Under the pieces are notes generated by a model. That model did not search any database, was not told the origin of the DNA, and saw only the letters and a program-made list of their open reading frames with translations. A program made the translations under genes and the position numbers. This document shows, in pieces, positions 29,444 to 40,205 of a stretch of DNA of 64,000 nt. The stretch covers positions 1,184,001 to 1,248,000 of the forward strand of contig OZ219753.1 in the NCBI GenBank assembly GCA_964291315.2, in the 5' to 3' direction. Every line of letters starts with the position of its first letter. Position 1 is the stretch's first letter. The stretch is from Candidatus Poribacteria bacterium (GTDB lineage: Bacteria > Poribacteria > WGA-4E > WGA-3G).

Positions 29444-31417
29444 ATGAAAAAATATTTGCCTTTACACGGTATCGCGTTACTACTACTAACGGTGTTTGTA
29501 TTCATCGGTTGTAGCGCTAAACAGACAGCGCCTCCGGAAACCGCGGAAATACCTTTAACTCAGAAAACAGAAGAGACAGGCAAATCGTCCTCTCCTGAGG
29601 CAGCCCTGACAGATAAACCACATTCATCTGAACAAGAAACACTCGCTGAAACTAAAGCCGAAGACACACTAAAGGTAGAGGTTCCGAGTGGCAGTGTCCT
29701 GCATCTGATTCCAGCGCATGTATTAGGAGTCATCTACTGCCCCAGTCTCGCTGAATTGGATGACCGAATTAATACCCTGGCAGCAGATCTACTACCGATA
29801 GCTGAGCCACCTGAGGTCCTCGCTGGAATTTTAGCAGATGCTTTCGGCGCAGGATTTGAGAGCCTTGCCGAATTAGAGGAAATCGGGTTGGATATGAATC
29901 AAGACTTTGCAATCTTCATGACCGCTTTGAGCCCGCCCGATCTTTCTGCAACAGTACATCTCACTGCACCCGATGCCATGAAACAGGTGATTGCAGACGA
30001 AAGCGAAGGAACAGCACCTGTTGAATATAAGGGTGTAACCTATTGGAACGCAGCTGGCGGCGGCGGGAGTTTCGCTATTCTAGAGGACGTTCTCGTTTTT
30101 GCTCGAGCCCCTGAAATCTGTGAAAGCGTCATTGATACGTATCATAAAACAAAACCCGCTATCATAACCAAGCCAAACTATGACTCGTTCCTTGCTGACG
30201 TTTCTGAAGGAACAGCACAGCTGGCCCTCCATTTTGATCTTGAGTCGGTCACCCCTGACATCACTGAATCAATTAACAAAGAATTAGAAGCGGCCAGAGA
30301 CAATCTTGAGAGCGATCCCTCTGCAATGCAAGCTGTACCTTTCCTTAACTCTGTATCCAAGAATGTTAGAGATATCCTGAATCAACTAAGATCTCTAAGT
30401 GTCACGCTTGAACTGAAGGGAACCGATGTACAACTTGCACAATTCCTGACATTCAAAACGGGCAGCAAGATTCAGAACTTGTTAAGAGAGATAGGTTCCG
30501 ATCAATTAGCACTTCTCAACAAGCTTCCAAAGCAAGCATTTATAAACGGTGGCTTTCAAGGCGAACCAGAATTCCTGATTGAAATGAATGTCTTCGGGCT
30601 AAGAATGTTTGGGGCAGATACCCCAGAACAGTCGGCTCTACTCAAAACAATTATTGAACAAACGGAAATATTTTACGGTTCTCTTGCCGGCGAAGCGGCA
30701 TTCAGCGTTGATTATAACAACGGTGTTCTTCCTGATTCTATGGTTATCTATAGATTGAAGGATGAACAGCAGGTGAGAACCTATATGGCTGAGACCTTCC
30801 TTGAACAGATCCAAAATACAATGCAACTCATGCAAGCCAAGCTTGGTGATATGTCGCAATTGAATATGTATGATGGGGCCCACTTGGCCGCGCCCATTAT
30901 GCATAACGGTGTCGAGATTCAAACGTTTGTTTTTCCTAATATCGGCTCTGTTTTTGAAGACATGCCGTCAACTGCTTCTAGTATAATGCCGCAGGCATGG
31001 AAGTGGTCCTATGCCTTTCATGAGAACCAACTTTTGCTCGCTATGGGCGGCCCCGAAATCATTAAGGCAGCTTTGGACCGACAGACTGAGACCGGTGAGA
31101 CGCTTGCTGAGGATCAGAGCTATCAGAAACTTTCTGAAATGTTAGGAACTGACAATAACCTGCTTTTAGCTATTTCCCCAATAACTGCTGCTAATAGCAT
31201 TTTACCTATTATTGCACAAGTAGATCCGGATTCTGCCGCGCCGATGCAGATGTTTTCTGGAGCGCTGCTGAATATGCCAGAGACTTATAGTCTCGGGTTT
31301 TCCGCTAAAGCCGAAGAAAACGGCATTCGCACCAAAATCCTGCTCGTTTTAGGCGATTTTAAGCAACTCGTCCAAATGATCGCAATGATAATGCAGGGTG
31401 CAGGACAGATGCAATAA
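29444..31417 (+). CDS. Large lipoprotein (DUF3352-like)
   Basis: Lipobox FIGC, low-complexity linker, YKGVTY/HNGVEI repeat-like segments. Confidence 0.65.
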   Translation: MKKYLPLHGIALLLLTVFVFIGCSAKQTAPPETAEIPLTQKTEETGKSSSPEAALTDKPHSSEQETLAETKAEDTLKVEVPSGSVLHLIPAHVLGVIYCPSLAELDDRINTLAADLLPIAEPPEVLAGILADAFGAGFESLAELEEIGLDMNQDFAIFMTALSPPDLSATVHLTAPDAMKQVIADESEGTAPVEYKGVTYWNAAGGGGSFAILEDVLVFARAPEICESVIDTYHKTKPAIITKPNYDSFLADVSEGTAQLALHFDLESVTPDITESINKELEAARDNLESDPSAMQAVPFLNSVSKNVRDILNQLRSLSVTLELKGTDVQLAQFLTFKTGSKIQNLLREIGSDQLALLNKLPKQAFINGGFQGEPEFLIEMNVFGLRMFGADTPEQSALLKTIIEQTEIFYGSLAGEAAFSVDYNNGVLPDSMVIYRLKDEQQVRTYMAETFLEQIQNTMQLMQAKLGDMSQLNMYDGAHLAAPIMHNGVEIQTFVFPNIGSVFEDMPSTASSIMPQAWKWSYAFHENQLLLAMGGPEIIKAALDRQTETGETLAEDQSYQKLSEMLGTDNNLLLAISPITAANSILPIIAQVDPDSAAPMQMFSGALLNMPETYSLGFSAKAEENGIRTKILLVLGDFKQLVQMIAMIMQGAGQMQ

Positions 31418-31613
31418 ATCCACTTTCTGTTTTGTTATAGGCACGGTTTCTCGCTTGTGATTTTATTTACTTGACGCGCCTGATTAACCGCTACGACATC
31501 CCCGACACAGAGGTACACGCTTTTGTAGCGGAAGATTTGATAGATGAAATAGTCTTGTAAAGTTTAGATTTCGTTTTGATTTACTCCTTGAATCATGCTA
31601 TCATTACCATATT

Positions 31614-32585
31614 ATGAACACAGCAGAACTTGAGTTTGAGAAACCGCTCATCGAATTAGAACGGCATCTTGCACAGTTAGAAACTTTCGCGCAAGCACAT
31701 CCTGAATTGGATATCGCGGAAGGGATGAACGCCCTAAAACAGAACGCGGATACACTTACAAAGCAGACTTTTCAAAAGCTAAGTCGCTGGGATAAAGTGA
31801 GATTGGCACGCCATGCACAACGTCCCCAAGCCCCTTTTTATATTAATGCTCTTCTTGATGAATTTACTGAGCTTCATGGGGATAAGTTATACGGCGACGA
31901 TCGCGCCCTGATCGGGGGACTGGCGTGGTTCGATGGGCAACCGCTTGTCTGTCTTGCACAGCAAAAAGGGACGAATCTTGAGGAACGGCAAGAAATGAAT
32001 TTCGGCTACACGCATCCAGATGGCTATCGCAAGGCAAGACGTTTAATGCAATTAGCGAATAAGTTCAACCGTCCGTTGCTCTGTTTTGTGGATACACCCG
32101 GCGCACACTTCGATCTCCGTTCAGAAGAATACGGACAAGCCAGGGCGATCGCTGAAAATCTTGCTGAGATGATAGCACTCCGTGTTCCTGTTCTTGTCGT
32201 TATTATCGGTGAAGGTGGAAGCGGCGGAGCACTGGCAATTGCGGTCGGCAATCGTGTATTGATGATGGAGTACGCTATCTACTGCGTTGCACCGCCTGAA
32301 GCGTGTAGTGGAATCGTTTGGAAGGACAAAGGTGAACACGCCCCCGAAGCAACCGAGGGTTATAAACCGACCGCCCCGGATCTGCTCAAGTTGGGCATCA
32401 TAGACCAGGTTATCCGTGAACCACTCGGTGGAGCGCACAGAGATCCAGAAGCCGCAGCACGCAGCGTCAGGCGCGCAATACGTAAACATCTTACCGAATT
32501 GATGCAGATCCCATCTCAACAACTGGTTCAACAAAGGCAGCAACGTTATCGGCACATCGGGCTGTATGGCGAAGATTCTGCATGA
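31614..32585 (+). CDS. accA: Acetyl-CoA carboxylase carboxyltransferase alpha subunit
   Basis: LEFEKPL, ARH.QRP, ELHGD, GYRKA, DTPGA, IGEGGSGGALA, EPLGGAHRD. Confidence 0.95.
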   Translation: MNTAELEFEKPLIELERHLAQLETFAQAHPELDIAEGMNALKQNADTLTKQTFQKLSRWDKVRLARHAQRPQAPFYINALLDEFTELHGDKLYGDDRALIGGLAWFDGQPLVCLAQQKGTNLEERQEMNFGYTHPDGYRKARRLMQLANKFNRPLLCFVDTPGAHFDLRSEEYGQARAIAENLAEMIALRVPVLVVIIGEGGSGGALAIAVGNRVLMMEYAIYCVAPPEACSGIVWKDKGEHAPEATEGYKPTAPDLLKLGIIDQVIREPLGGAHRDPEAAARSVRRAIRKHLTELMQIPSQQLVQQRQQRYRHIGLYGEDSA

Positions 32586-32603
32586 GAAACTAATGCTGGT
32601 GAC

Positions 32604-33734
32604 ATGAAAATCCGAACAATTACGACAGGTATCCCTTTCCCTTTCGCACCCTACCAACTTCAGCGCGCCGCAAAATTTAACACAGCGTGCCAAGCATATT
32701 TTGAAGCCAACGGTTACGATGTACAAACAACACGGGTCAGCTCTCAAATTTGGGATGGAGCGCGCGATATAGAGACTATTCTTAACTTAGAGTCCCAGGC
32801 TCGGGCGTTAGGAATTGAGTTCCTTAACTTGGGAACAATTCTGCCGGGCAAAAGGTATACTATGACGCATCTCTCTTGTGTCGCCGATGTTATTGTCCAA
32901 AGCGAGATACTTTTTGCTACTGTTACGCTTGCAACACAGACTGGACATGTAGCATCTGAGGTTACTGAGGGCGTAGCAGGCATCATTCAACAGATAGCGC
33001 GCGGAACCGATGAAGGTTATGGAAACCTCCGATTTGCGGCTTTAATGAACTGCCCACCGAATACCCCTTTTTTTCCGGCGGCCTATTGGCAAGACACTAG
33101 AACGAACTTCGGCATCGGATGGCAAGCATCTGATTTAGTCAAGCAGGCGTTCACGTGTGCAGAGAATTTAGAAACTGCACTGCAAAATCTGAAGGTTTTG
33201 ATGGAAACGGAGGGGGGGAAAATTGTTACACTGGCAAAAACGCTTTCAAATGAATGGGGTATAAAGTTTATCGGCATCGACGTTTCGCCTGCCCCGATGG
33301 GGGATGAAAGCATCGCGTATGCAATAGAGCAACAGCTGCCCGGTCATTTCGGAGAGCGTGGCACCTTAACTGTCGCAGCAGAGCTGACGCGTACACTTCA
33401 ATCACTTGATCTGCCACTGTGTGGCTATTCCGGATTAATGCTCCCTGTCCTTGAAGATGTCGGATTGGGTAAACGCAGTGAAGCAGGGTACTTTAACCTT
33501 GACAGTCTCCTTCTCTATTCTGCTGTTTGCGGTACGGGCTTAGATACAATTCCTATTCCAGGTGATGTTTCGACAGCTCAACTCGCTGCTATCCTAAAGG
33601 ATGTTGCTGCCCTCTCCGCGCGGCTTACCAAACCTTTATCTGTGCGTCTCTTCCCTGTACCTGGGTGTAAGGTTGGCGACATGACCCGCTTCCAATCGCC
33701 CTACCTAACCAATACAACAGTGATGCAGATATAA
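32604..33734 (+). CDS. DUF711 family protein
   Basis: MKIRTITTG, PFFPAAY, GIDVSPAP, GYSGLMLPVLED, SAVCGTGLDTIPIPGD, KPLSVRLFP. Confidence 0.85.
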   Translation: MKIRTITTGIPFPFAPYQLQRAAKFNTACQAYFEANGYDVQTTRVSSQIWDGARDIETILNLESQARALGIEFLNLGTILPGKRYTMTHLSCVADVIVQSEILFATVTLATQTGHVASEVTEGVAGIIQQIARGTDEGYGNLRFAALMNCPPNTPFFPAAYWQDTRTNFGIGWQASDLVKQAFTCAENLETALQNLKVLMETEGGKIVTLAKTLSNEWGIKFIGIDVSPAPMGDESIAYAIEQQLPGHFGERGTLTVAAELTRTLQSLDLPLCGYSGLMLPVLEDVGLGKRSEAGYFNLDSLLLYSAVCGTGLDTIPIPGDVSTAQLAAILKDVAALSARLTKPLSVRLFPVPGCKVGDMTRFQSPYLTNTTVMQI

Positions 33735-33913
33735 GCAGCAACTGTCTATTTAGGGCTTTTCGCTTGCTAATTCTAATAACTTGTGATAAGATGATGCCAA
33801 CAGAATTTCGAATCCAAGACATAGCCTTATTAATCAGACGAACGAGCCGCTCAAGAGTTTTATTTTCCGTGCTATGCTTAGCATGCTCAGCGTGATCGGT
33901 GAAAGGAATAATC

Positions 33914-35371
33914 ATGTCTGATAAACCACATGTACTTTTGATTTCAACAGACCACTGGCCCAACTCACTTTTGGGGGTGAGTGGACATCCCGCTATCCAA
34001 ACTCCGACATTAGATACTCTCGCTCGTGCTGGTACCCGTTTCACACGTGGGTACAGTGAATGTCCAGTGTGTGTACCTGCACGAAAAACCTTGATGACCG
34101 GGACAACACCGCGCACACATAAAGACAGGGTCTTCAACGATCAGCAAGGCCTCAATGGACTCCCGACAATCGCACAAACCTTTCGAAACGCGGGATACCA
34201 GGCGTATGCTGTCGGCAAACTGCATGTCTATCCACAACGCGACCGCATCGGGTTTGACGATGTGCTTTTAGGCGAAGAAGGTAGACTGCAGTACGGTGCA
34301 ATTGATGATTATGAGCTTTTCCTTGGGGACAGGGGCTACGCTGGCCAGCAATTCGCGCATGGCATGTGTAATAATGATTATCTTAATCGACCGTGGCACC
34401 TGCCCGAGGACTGTCATGTCACGAATTGGAGCACACAGCAGATGGTCCGGATGCTTAAGCGCCGCGACCCGACGCGCCCCGGATTTTGGTACCTCTCTTA
34501 TTGCCATCCACATCCGCCACTTGCACCGCTCCAATGCTATATGGACATGTATCGTGATGTTGAGGTAGACATGCCTTATTATGGCGAGTGGGCAAAGCAG
34601 ACCTCACAGCTCCCCTTACCGGTAAAGGCACGCCAGAAACAGGATGAAGACTTTACAGAAAACCAGATTCGTTCAGCGCGCCAAGCGTTTTATGCCCTCT
34701 GTACACACATTGATCATCAACTCCGGGTTGTTATTGGGACCCTACGTGAAGAGGGCATGTTGAACAATACAATTCTGCTCTTCACATCTGACCACGGTGA
34801 TATGCTCGGGAATCATCGAATGTGGGCGAAACGACTCTACTACGAAGATTCTGCTAATGTACCCATGATCCTCGTCGGCACCGCTGGAGACGAACGCGTA
34901 GGACATCATAGAGTGGATGACCGTCTCGTCGGGTGGCAGGATGTTATGCCAACCCTGCTCCACTTAGCAGGCATCGACATCCCCGATACAGTCGAAGGAC
35001 TACCTATGGTGGGCGACCAGAAACGGGAATGGTTATACGGTGAGATTGGGGTCCGAGGCAGCGCAACCCGGATGATTCATGACGGCCGTTTCAAACTTAT
35101 CTACTACGCCGCCGGAAATTACCGCCAACTCTTCGATCTCGAAGAAGACCCGAGAGAATTGAACGACCTCAGTGATTCACCAGCGCATACTGAGGTACTC
35201 CAGCGATTAACACATCTCCTAGTAGGCGAACTCTATGGAGACGATGAAACTTGGATGCAAGACGGGGAACTTGTCGGTTTACCCGATCGCGAGTATCAGC
35301 CGTCTCCTAACCGCGCACTATCAGGACAACGTGGACTTCACTGGCCACCGGCGCCCTCCACGGGGCGTTAG
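33914..35371 (+). CDS. Sulfatase (Cys-type, choline-sulfatase-like)
   Basis: PHVLLISTD, CVPAR, GKLH, PHPP, TSDHGDMLG. Confidence 0.92.
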   Translation: MSDKPHVLLISTDHWPNSLLGVSGHPAIQTPTLDTLARAGTRFTRGYSECPVCVPARKTLMTGTTPRTHKDRVFNDQQGLNGLPTIAQTFRNAGYQAYAVGKLHVYPQRDRIGFDDVLLGEEGRLQYGAIDDYELFLGDRGYAGQQFAHGMCNNDYLNRPWHLPEDCHVTNWSTQQMVRMLKRRDPTRPGFWYLSYCHPHPPLAPLQCYMDMYRDVEVDMPYYGEWAKQTSQLPLPVKARQKQDEDFTENQIRSARQAFYALCTHIDHQLRVVIGTLREEGMLNNTILLFTSDHGDMLGNHRMWAKRLYYEDSANVPMILVGTAGDERVGHHRVDDRLVGWQDVMPTLLHLAGIDIPDTVEGLPMVGDQKREWLYGEIGVRGSATRMIHDGRFKLIYYAAGNYRQLFDLEEDPRELNDLSDSPAHTEVLQRLTHLLVGELYGDDETWMQDGELVGLPDREYQPSPNRALSGQRGLHWPPAPSTGR

Positions 35372-35502
35372 AGAAATTTTCTAATATCTTGACAATTTTT
35401 TTCAAATCAACTATATTTAACCTATTGAAACATCTTTTTGTTAAGCTATAAGCTGTAATTCAACTTTCGTGTAATCATCAAACAACGAAGAAAGGAAAAT
35501 AG

Positions 35503-35856
35503 ATGTTAGCAGAAATACGTCAAAGAGAAGGGGTTATCGTTATACGCCCCACTGGTCGCATGATTGGTTCGGCAAGTGCTGAAATTCGAGAACAAATTAA
35601 TGAAGAACTTGAAGAGTACTTTGATGCCCCGAAAATTATCTTTAACCTTGAGAACGTTACTCGCATGGACAGTAGCGGTCTCGGCACGCTTGTCTCTATA
35701 AATGTCACTGTTTCCCGAAAAGGCGGACGCACTGCACTCGTCAACGCAGGTGCACATATCCGAAACCTTCTCATCCTCGGCCGGTTAATGACTGTCTTTG
35801 AAAGTTACGGTAGCGAGGAAGAAGCAATCCTCGCTCTCACTTCTGAGGAAACCTAA
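35503..35856 (+). CDS. STAS domain anti-sigma factor antagonist
   Basis: NLENVTRMDSSGLGTLV with the phosphorylatable Ser. Confidence 0.9.
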   Translation: MLAEIRQREGVIVIRPTGRMIGSASAEIREQINEELEEYFDAPKIIFNLENVTRMDSSGLGTLVSINVTVSRKGGRTALVNAGAHIRNLLILGRLMTVFESYGSEEEAILALTSEET

Positions 35857-35962
35857 CAAGCTAGTGGGAGCGCTTTCGTTCAAACGCTGCCCGTTTTTAA
35901 CCGCAGTCGAAAACTAAATCATGCCAAAGTCATAGAAGCACCCAAATAGGGAAAAGGAATTT

Positions 35963-37126
35963 ATGGCAAATCAGAACCTTCCGACGTTCACTGTTAACGC
36001 CGGGTTCCACGATCGAGACGGATGTCCCGTGAGTACCGATGTTGAAGACCTTGGCATCAGTCAACTTCACGATCGTCCTGTTACTTTAACAGATATAGCA
36101 TCCGGTAACGTCATTTCAGCACAATGTTATGCGAACGAGGCCGGGGGTACGACCTTAAATTGGATACTTGATGGCCTCGCTGCCGGTGAATCGCGAACTT
36201 ACACCCTCTCAGAAGGAAGCATTGCAGACGGAGCCGGTGTTCAGCTAAAAGAAGCTGCCGAAACCATCGTTGTTACGCTTAACAACCGGCACTTTACGAC
36301 GTTCCGCTACGCGAAAACGCAGTTCCGTCCCTACTTTTTCCCCGTTCTTGGTCCGAATAGATGCGAAGTAACGCGTGGCGAAACGAGCGACATTTCAAAA
36401 GACCACGTGCACCACCGTTCTCTTTACGTTGCCTATGGCGAGGTGAATGATATCGATCTGTGGGGTGAAGGAAACAATTCTGGAAGAATCGCACACCAAA
36501 ATTTTACACAAAAACAGGGCGGCGCTGTTGTCGGCAGAATTTATACCGAAAATAGATGGGAGACCCGAGAAGGCGATGTCCTAATGACAGATAAGCAGAA
36601 CTTCCGAGTCTATAACCTACCGGAAGATGCCGCACTTCTCGATCTAGACTTAAGTTTTATCGCCTCTGCGGGCGATGTCCACTTCGGAGACACCAAGGAG
36701 GGTGGCATTATGTCAATCCGTGTCCATCCGTCGATGAATGCTTCAGAGGGTGGGAAGATAGAGAACGCTTTCGGCGGTATCAATGAAAGGGAGACTTGGG
36801 GAAAACGGGCAAACTGGTGTGATTATTCCGGGGTCGTTGATGGAACACCTGTCGGGATTGCCGTTTTTGACCACCTCGTCAACCCACGCTATCCAACTTA
36901 TTGGCATGTGCGGAATTATGGATTAATGGGAACCAATATCTTCGGAGGCGGTACCTTTGAAGGTGACCCATCTAAAGATGGATCCTACACACTTAAAGAA
37001 GGTGAACAGATGCAGTTCCGATTCCGTGTTCTCATTCATGCAGGCGATGCAACCATAGGGAAGGTCGCGCAGAAATATCATGACTTCATCAATCCACCTG
37101 TTGTTGAGGTTTCCTCACCGTTTTAA
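35963..37126 (+). CDS. PmoA-like/DUF6807 family protein (not the methane monooxygenase subunit)
   Basis: RPYFFPV, DHVHHRS, FGDTKEGG, WCDYSG, HxxN.RYPTYWHVRNYG. Confidence 0.75.
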   Translation: MANQNLPTFTVNAGFHDRDGCPVSTDVEDLGISQLHDRPVTLTDIASGNVISAQCYANEAGGTTLNWILDGLAAGESRTYTLSEGSIADGAGVQLKEAAETIVVTLNNRHFTTFRYAKTQFRPYFFPVLGPNRCEVTRGETSDISKDHVHHRSLYVAYGEVNDIDLWGEGNNSGRIAHQNFTQKQGGAVVGRIYTENRWETREGDVLMTDKQNFRVYNLPEDAALLDLDLSFIASAGDVHFGDTKEGGIMSIRVHPSMNASEGGKIENAFGGINERETWGKRANWCDYSGVVDGTPVGIAVFDHLVNPRYPTYWHVRNYGLMGTNIFGGGTFEGDPSKDGSYTLKEGEQMQFRFRVLIHAGDATIGKVAQKYHDFINPPVVEVSSPF

Positions 37127-37185
37127 GTGACACAAAGGGGCACCGATGCCCAACAACTGATAGCCGTTATTAAGGAGATTCACGA

Positions 37186-38253
37186 ATGCCGATCCCTACG
37201 ATTCACGTGGGCTGCACCCATTTCGCGCACGGGCGTCTACAAGCCCAAGTTAATTCACAAGGATTAGAGCCTGTTGCGTGTGTTGACATCGACCTTGAAG
37301 CCGCGCGAGCGGGTATCTCATCAATAGACAACGCCCCCGAAGGCTTGACAGAACGGATCTACACGACAATAACCGAGGCGAAAGAGAAGCATGACGCACA
37401 AGCGTGTCTTATCTATGCCTCAACGACCGTCCACGCCAAGTTAATTATTGAGAGTCTAAATCTCGGTATGCATACCCTCTGTGTCAAACCTATCGCTACG
37501 ACACAGTCAGAATTTCATGCCATTATCCAAGCGCACAAGGCGAACCCTGATTTAATGCTCGTTCAAGGACAAAACAAACGTTGGAATCCTGCTGCTGCAA
37601 AAATGAGAGAATGGCTTCGCGAAGAAGACGGTATTGGTGAAATGTTAACGGGTGAATGCCGATTCTGGATTCGACAGAATCTCCACACTGGGTCTGATTC
37701 TAGACAACCCGATGCTTATATAGATGGACTTTTCTTCCATGCTGGTACAAGTCATCAACTCGATCAACTCGTTGCAGCGAAAGGACTCCCAAAATATGTC
37801 ACAGCGCATGTCCACAACCGCCGGGACCCCGAACTCGGGCAAATTGACGCTTGGGGCACTGCTGGCGGCAACGCGCTCATGGAATACGCAAACGGTGCCC
37901 CTTTTTCTTATACCGGCACCCGGGCGGGGCATGCCGATGCCTTCGGGTGGAGTGGAAATTGGACCTTTCACGGTAAAGATGGGGATATCCGTCGAGATGC
38001 TGGCCACCTTCAACGTTTCCGCCTCGGTAAAATCGTTGAGGATCTAACACTCCAAGATTTGCACCCAGGGCTTATAGAGGACGACCGACTCCAATTTGAT
38101 GCTTTTGCTCAGGCAATTACTGCCGGTACAGACCGGAAATGGATGCAAGAGACGACCCTTGGAACGTGGCTGCTGATGGAAGCCTGCAATGAATCGGCAA
38201 GAACGCACGAACGCATTGATGTTGCAGCATTCACTAAGAAAATGATCGACTAA
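37186..38253 (+). CDS. Gfo/Idh/MocA family oxidoreductase
   Basis: N-terminal Rossmann fold, HTLCVKP, QNKRW, HQLD. Confidence 0.75.
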   Translation: MPIPTIHVGCTHFAHGRLQAQVNSQGLEPVACVDIDLEAARAGISSIDNAPEGLTERIYTTITEAKEKHDAQACLIYASTTVHAKLIIESLNLGMHTLCVKPIATTQSEFHAIIQAHKANPDLMLVQGQNKRWNPAAAKMREWLREEDGIGEMLTGECRFWIRQNLHTGSDSRQPDAYIDGLFFHAGTSHQLDQLVAAKGLPKYVTAHVHNRRDPELGQIDAWGTAGGNALMEYANGAPFSYTGTRAGHADAFGWSGNWTFHGKDGDIRRDAGHLQRFRLGKIVEDLTLQDLHPGLIEDDRLQFDAFAQAITAGTDRKWMQETTLGTWLLMEACNESARTHERIDVAAFTKKMID

Positions 38254-38378
38254 CCGGCTATCGGTTTCCAAAACAGTAATTGTCAGAAACTGTTGTTCAC
38301 ACCCTTTCTCAGGAAAGGTGTTGACGGTATCAGACGCTTAACTGACAACCGACACCGACAAAAACTGGAGGTTTCCGC

Positions 38379-40007
38379 ATGCAATCGCCGCACGGTTCAG
38401 CATTTCGTCCCTCCGTGATGGGGAAAAATGGTATGGTTACATCCGGACACATACTCGCGTCGCAAGCCGGTATTCAAACAATGATGATAGGGGGGAACGC
38501 TGTTGACGCTGCTATCGCAACTGCTGTAGCGCTCGGTATGGTTGAACCCGCTGGCTCTGGACTCGGCGGTGACGGATTTATTCTCATCTATTGGGCGGAG
38601 ACCGGGAGGGTCGAGGCGATAAACGGGACAGGATCCGCACCGCGTGCCGCAACCCGAGAGACCTACCTCAAACACGGCGGAATCCCGATGAAAGGGATGC
38701 GAAGCGTTTCCGTGCCAGGAATCGTAGACGCGTGGCTCCTTGCACACGAACGCTACGGCACACTCAAATTAGAGGAGGTTTTTGCACCCGCGATCGCTAT
38801 CTGTGAAGACGGGTTTCCTGTGAGCGAGAGACTCGCTGACAGTCTTAAAAGCGAGACACCACGTTTTGCCGCTGAGCCAGACAGCCGGGCTATTTTTACA
38901 GATGATGGGGAACCCATCCGCGCCGGCCAATTCATTGCCAACCCCAACCTCGGTAAAACGCTCCGAAAGATTGCTAAACATGGCAGGGAGGTATTCTACA
39001 AAGGTGAAGTTGCTAAAGCTATCGCAGAATTCAGTCATGCCTATGATGGACTTCTAACTGCAGGGGACATGGCTGGCTACTGCGCACACTGGGCTGACCC
39101 GATACACGTCAACTACCGCGGGTATGATGTCTATGAGATGCCTCCTAATTCAAGTGGGCATGTCTTGCTTCAAGAATTGAATATCGTTGAGCTCTTTGAC
39201 TTGCGAGCCTTGGGGTGTAGTACTGCCGAAAGTGTCCATCTGATGGTAGAAGCGAAGAAACTCGCTTTCGCGGACCGAGAAAAATATATGGCAGACCCGA
39301 ATTGGGTTGATGTTCCTTTAGACGGAATGTTGTCGAAATCCTACGCTGTTGAACGAGCTGAACGAATCGATTTGGATAAGGCAGCTATTGATGTCTCCGC
39401 CGGGGGACCGGAAGCACATGAAGATACCACCTGCTTCTGCACCGCAGACCGGGCGGGAAACCTCGTCTGTATACTACAGAGCATCCAGTCGGGATTCGGA
39501 GCCAGCCTCGTTGCAGGGGACACCGGCATCCTCTTGAACAATCGAATGACCTATTGGCACTTAGAGGAAGAACACCCAAACTGTTTGATGCCGGGTAAAC
39601 GCGTGCGGCACACGATGAATCCCGTTATCGTCACGAAAGATGGACAACCGTTCATTGCGTGCGGTACACCCGGTGCCGATACCCAAGTTCAGACGAACCT
39701 ACAGCTCCTTACCCACATGCTCGATTTTGGCATGACCCCACAAGAAGCCGTCTCGGCCCCGCGCTGGCGGAGTTTACAGAACCCAATGGAATCCACTATC
39801 CCACACACCTGCTCTAATGACCTTCAATTGGAACACCGATTCGATTCGGATACCAAGGACGGGTTAGCAGCGAGAGGGCATGAACTCCATATCCTCGGAG
39901 ATTGGGCCGCCCCAGGCAGTGCACAGGCGATCATGATCCACCCTGAATCTGGCGCACTCATCGGAGGATCGGATCCACGCACTGAAGGATACGCTGTTAC
40001 TTTTTAA
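38379..40007 (+). CDS. ggt: Gamma-glutamyltransferase
   Basis: GGNAVDAAIA, SGLGGDGF, SVPG, PPNSSG, DTT nucleophile, LNNRM, PGKRVRHT, GSDPR. Confidence 0.92.
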   Translation: MQSPHGSAFRPSVMGKNGMVTSGHILASQAGIQTMMIGGNAVDAAIATAVALGMVEPAGSGLGGDGFILIYWAETGRVEAINGTGSAPRAATRETYLKHGGIPMKGMRSVSVPGIVDAWLLAHERYGTLKLEEVFAPAIAICEDGFPVSERLADSLKSETPRFAAEPDSRAIFTDDGEPIRAGQFIANPNLGKTLRKIAKHGREVFYKGEVAKAIAEFSHAYDGLLTAGDMAGYCAHWADPIHVNYRGYDVYEMPPNSSGHVLLQELNIVELFDLRALGCSTAESVHLMVEAKKLAFADREKYMADPNWVDVPLDGMLSKSYAVERAERIDLDKAAIDVSAGGPEAHEDTTCFCTADRAGNLVCILQSIQSGFGASLVAGDTGILLNNRMTYWHLEEEHPNCLMPGKRVRHTMNPVIVTKDGQPFIACGTPGADTQVQTNLQLLTHMLDFGMTPQEAVSAPRWRSLQNPMESTIPHTCSNDLQLEHRFDSDTKDGLAARGHELHILGDWAAPGSAQAIMIHPESGALIGGSDPRTEGYAVTF

Positions 40008-40205
40008 ATAAGCAAGGTACGTCTCCAAAGAGGGACCTTGAGAAACACTATTATTGAACGCATATCATTAATTATCAAATTGGCGTTAAGACAAAATTTG
40101 AAATGTGAAACAGAGTATTCGCCTGCTAATAATATTTATAGTGAGTTGCCAACAGACGCAACCCTATAATATCGTTAGTGGGTTAAAACCCTTCGGAGGC
40201 TAATT

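Noticed and set aside
35963-37126. Particulate methane monooxygenase subunit PmoA
   Set aside because: Soluble beta-rich protein with no TM helices and no pmoB/pmoC; the family name is misleading.
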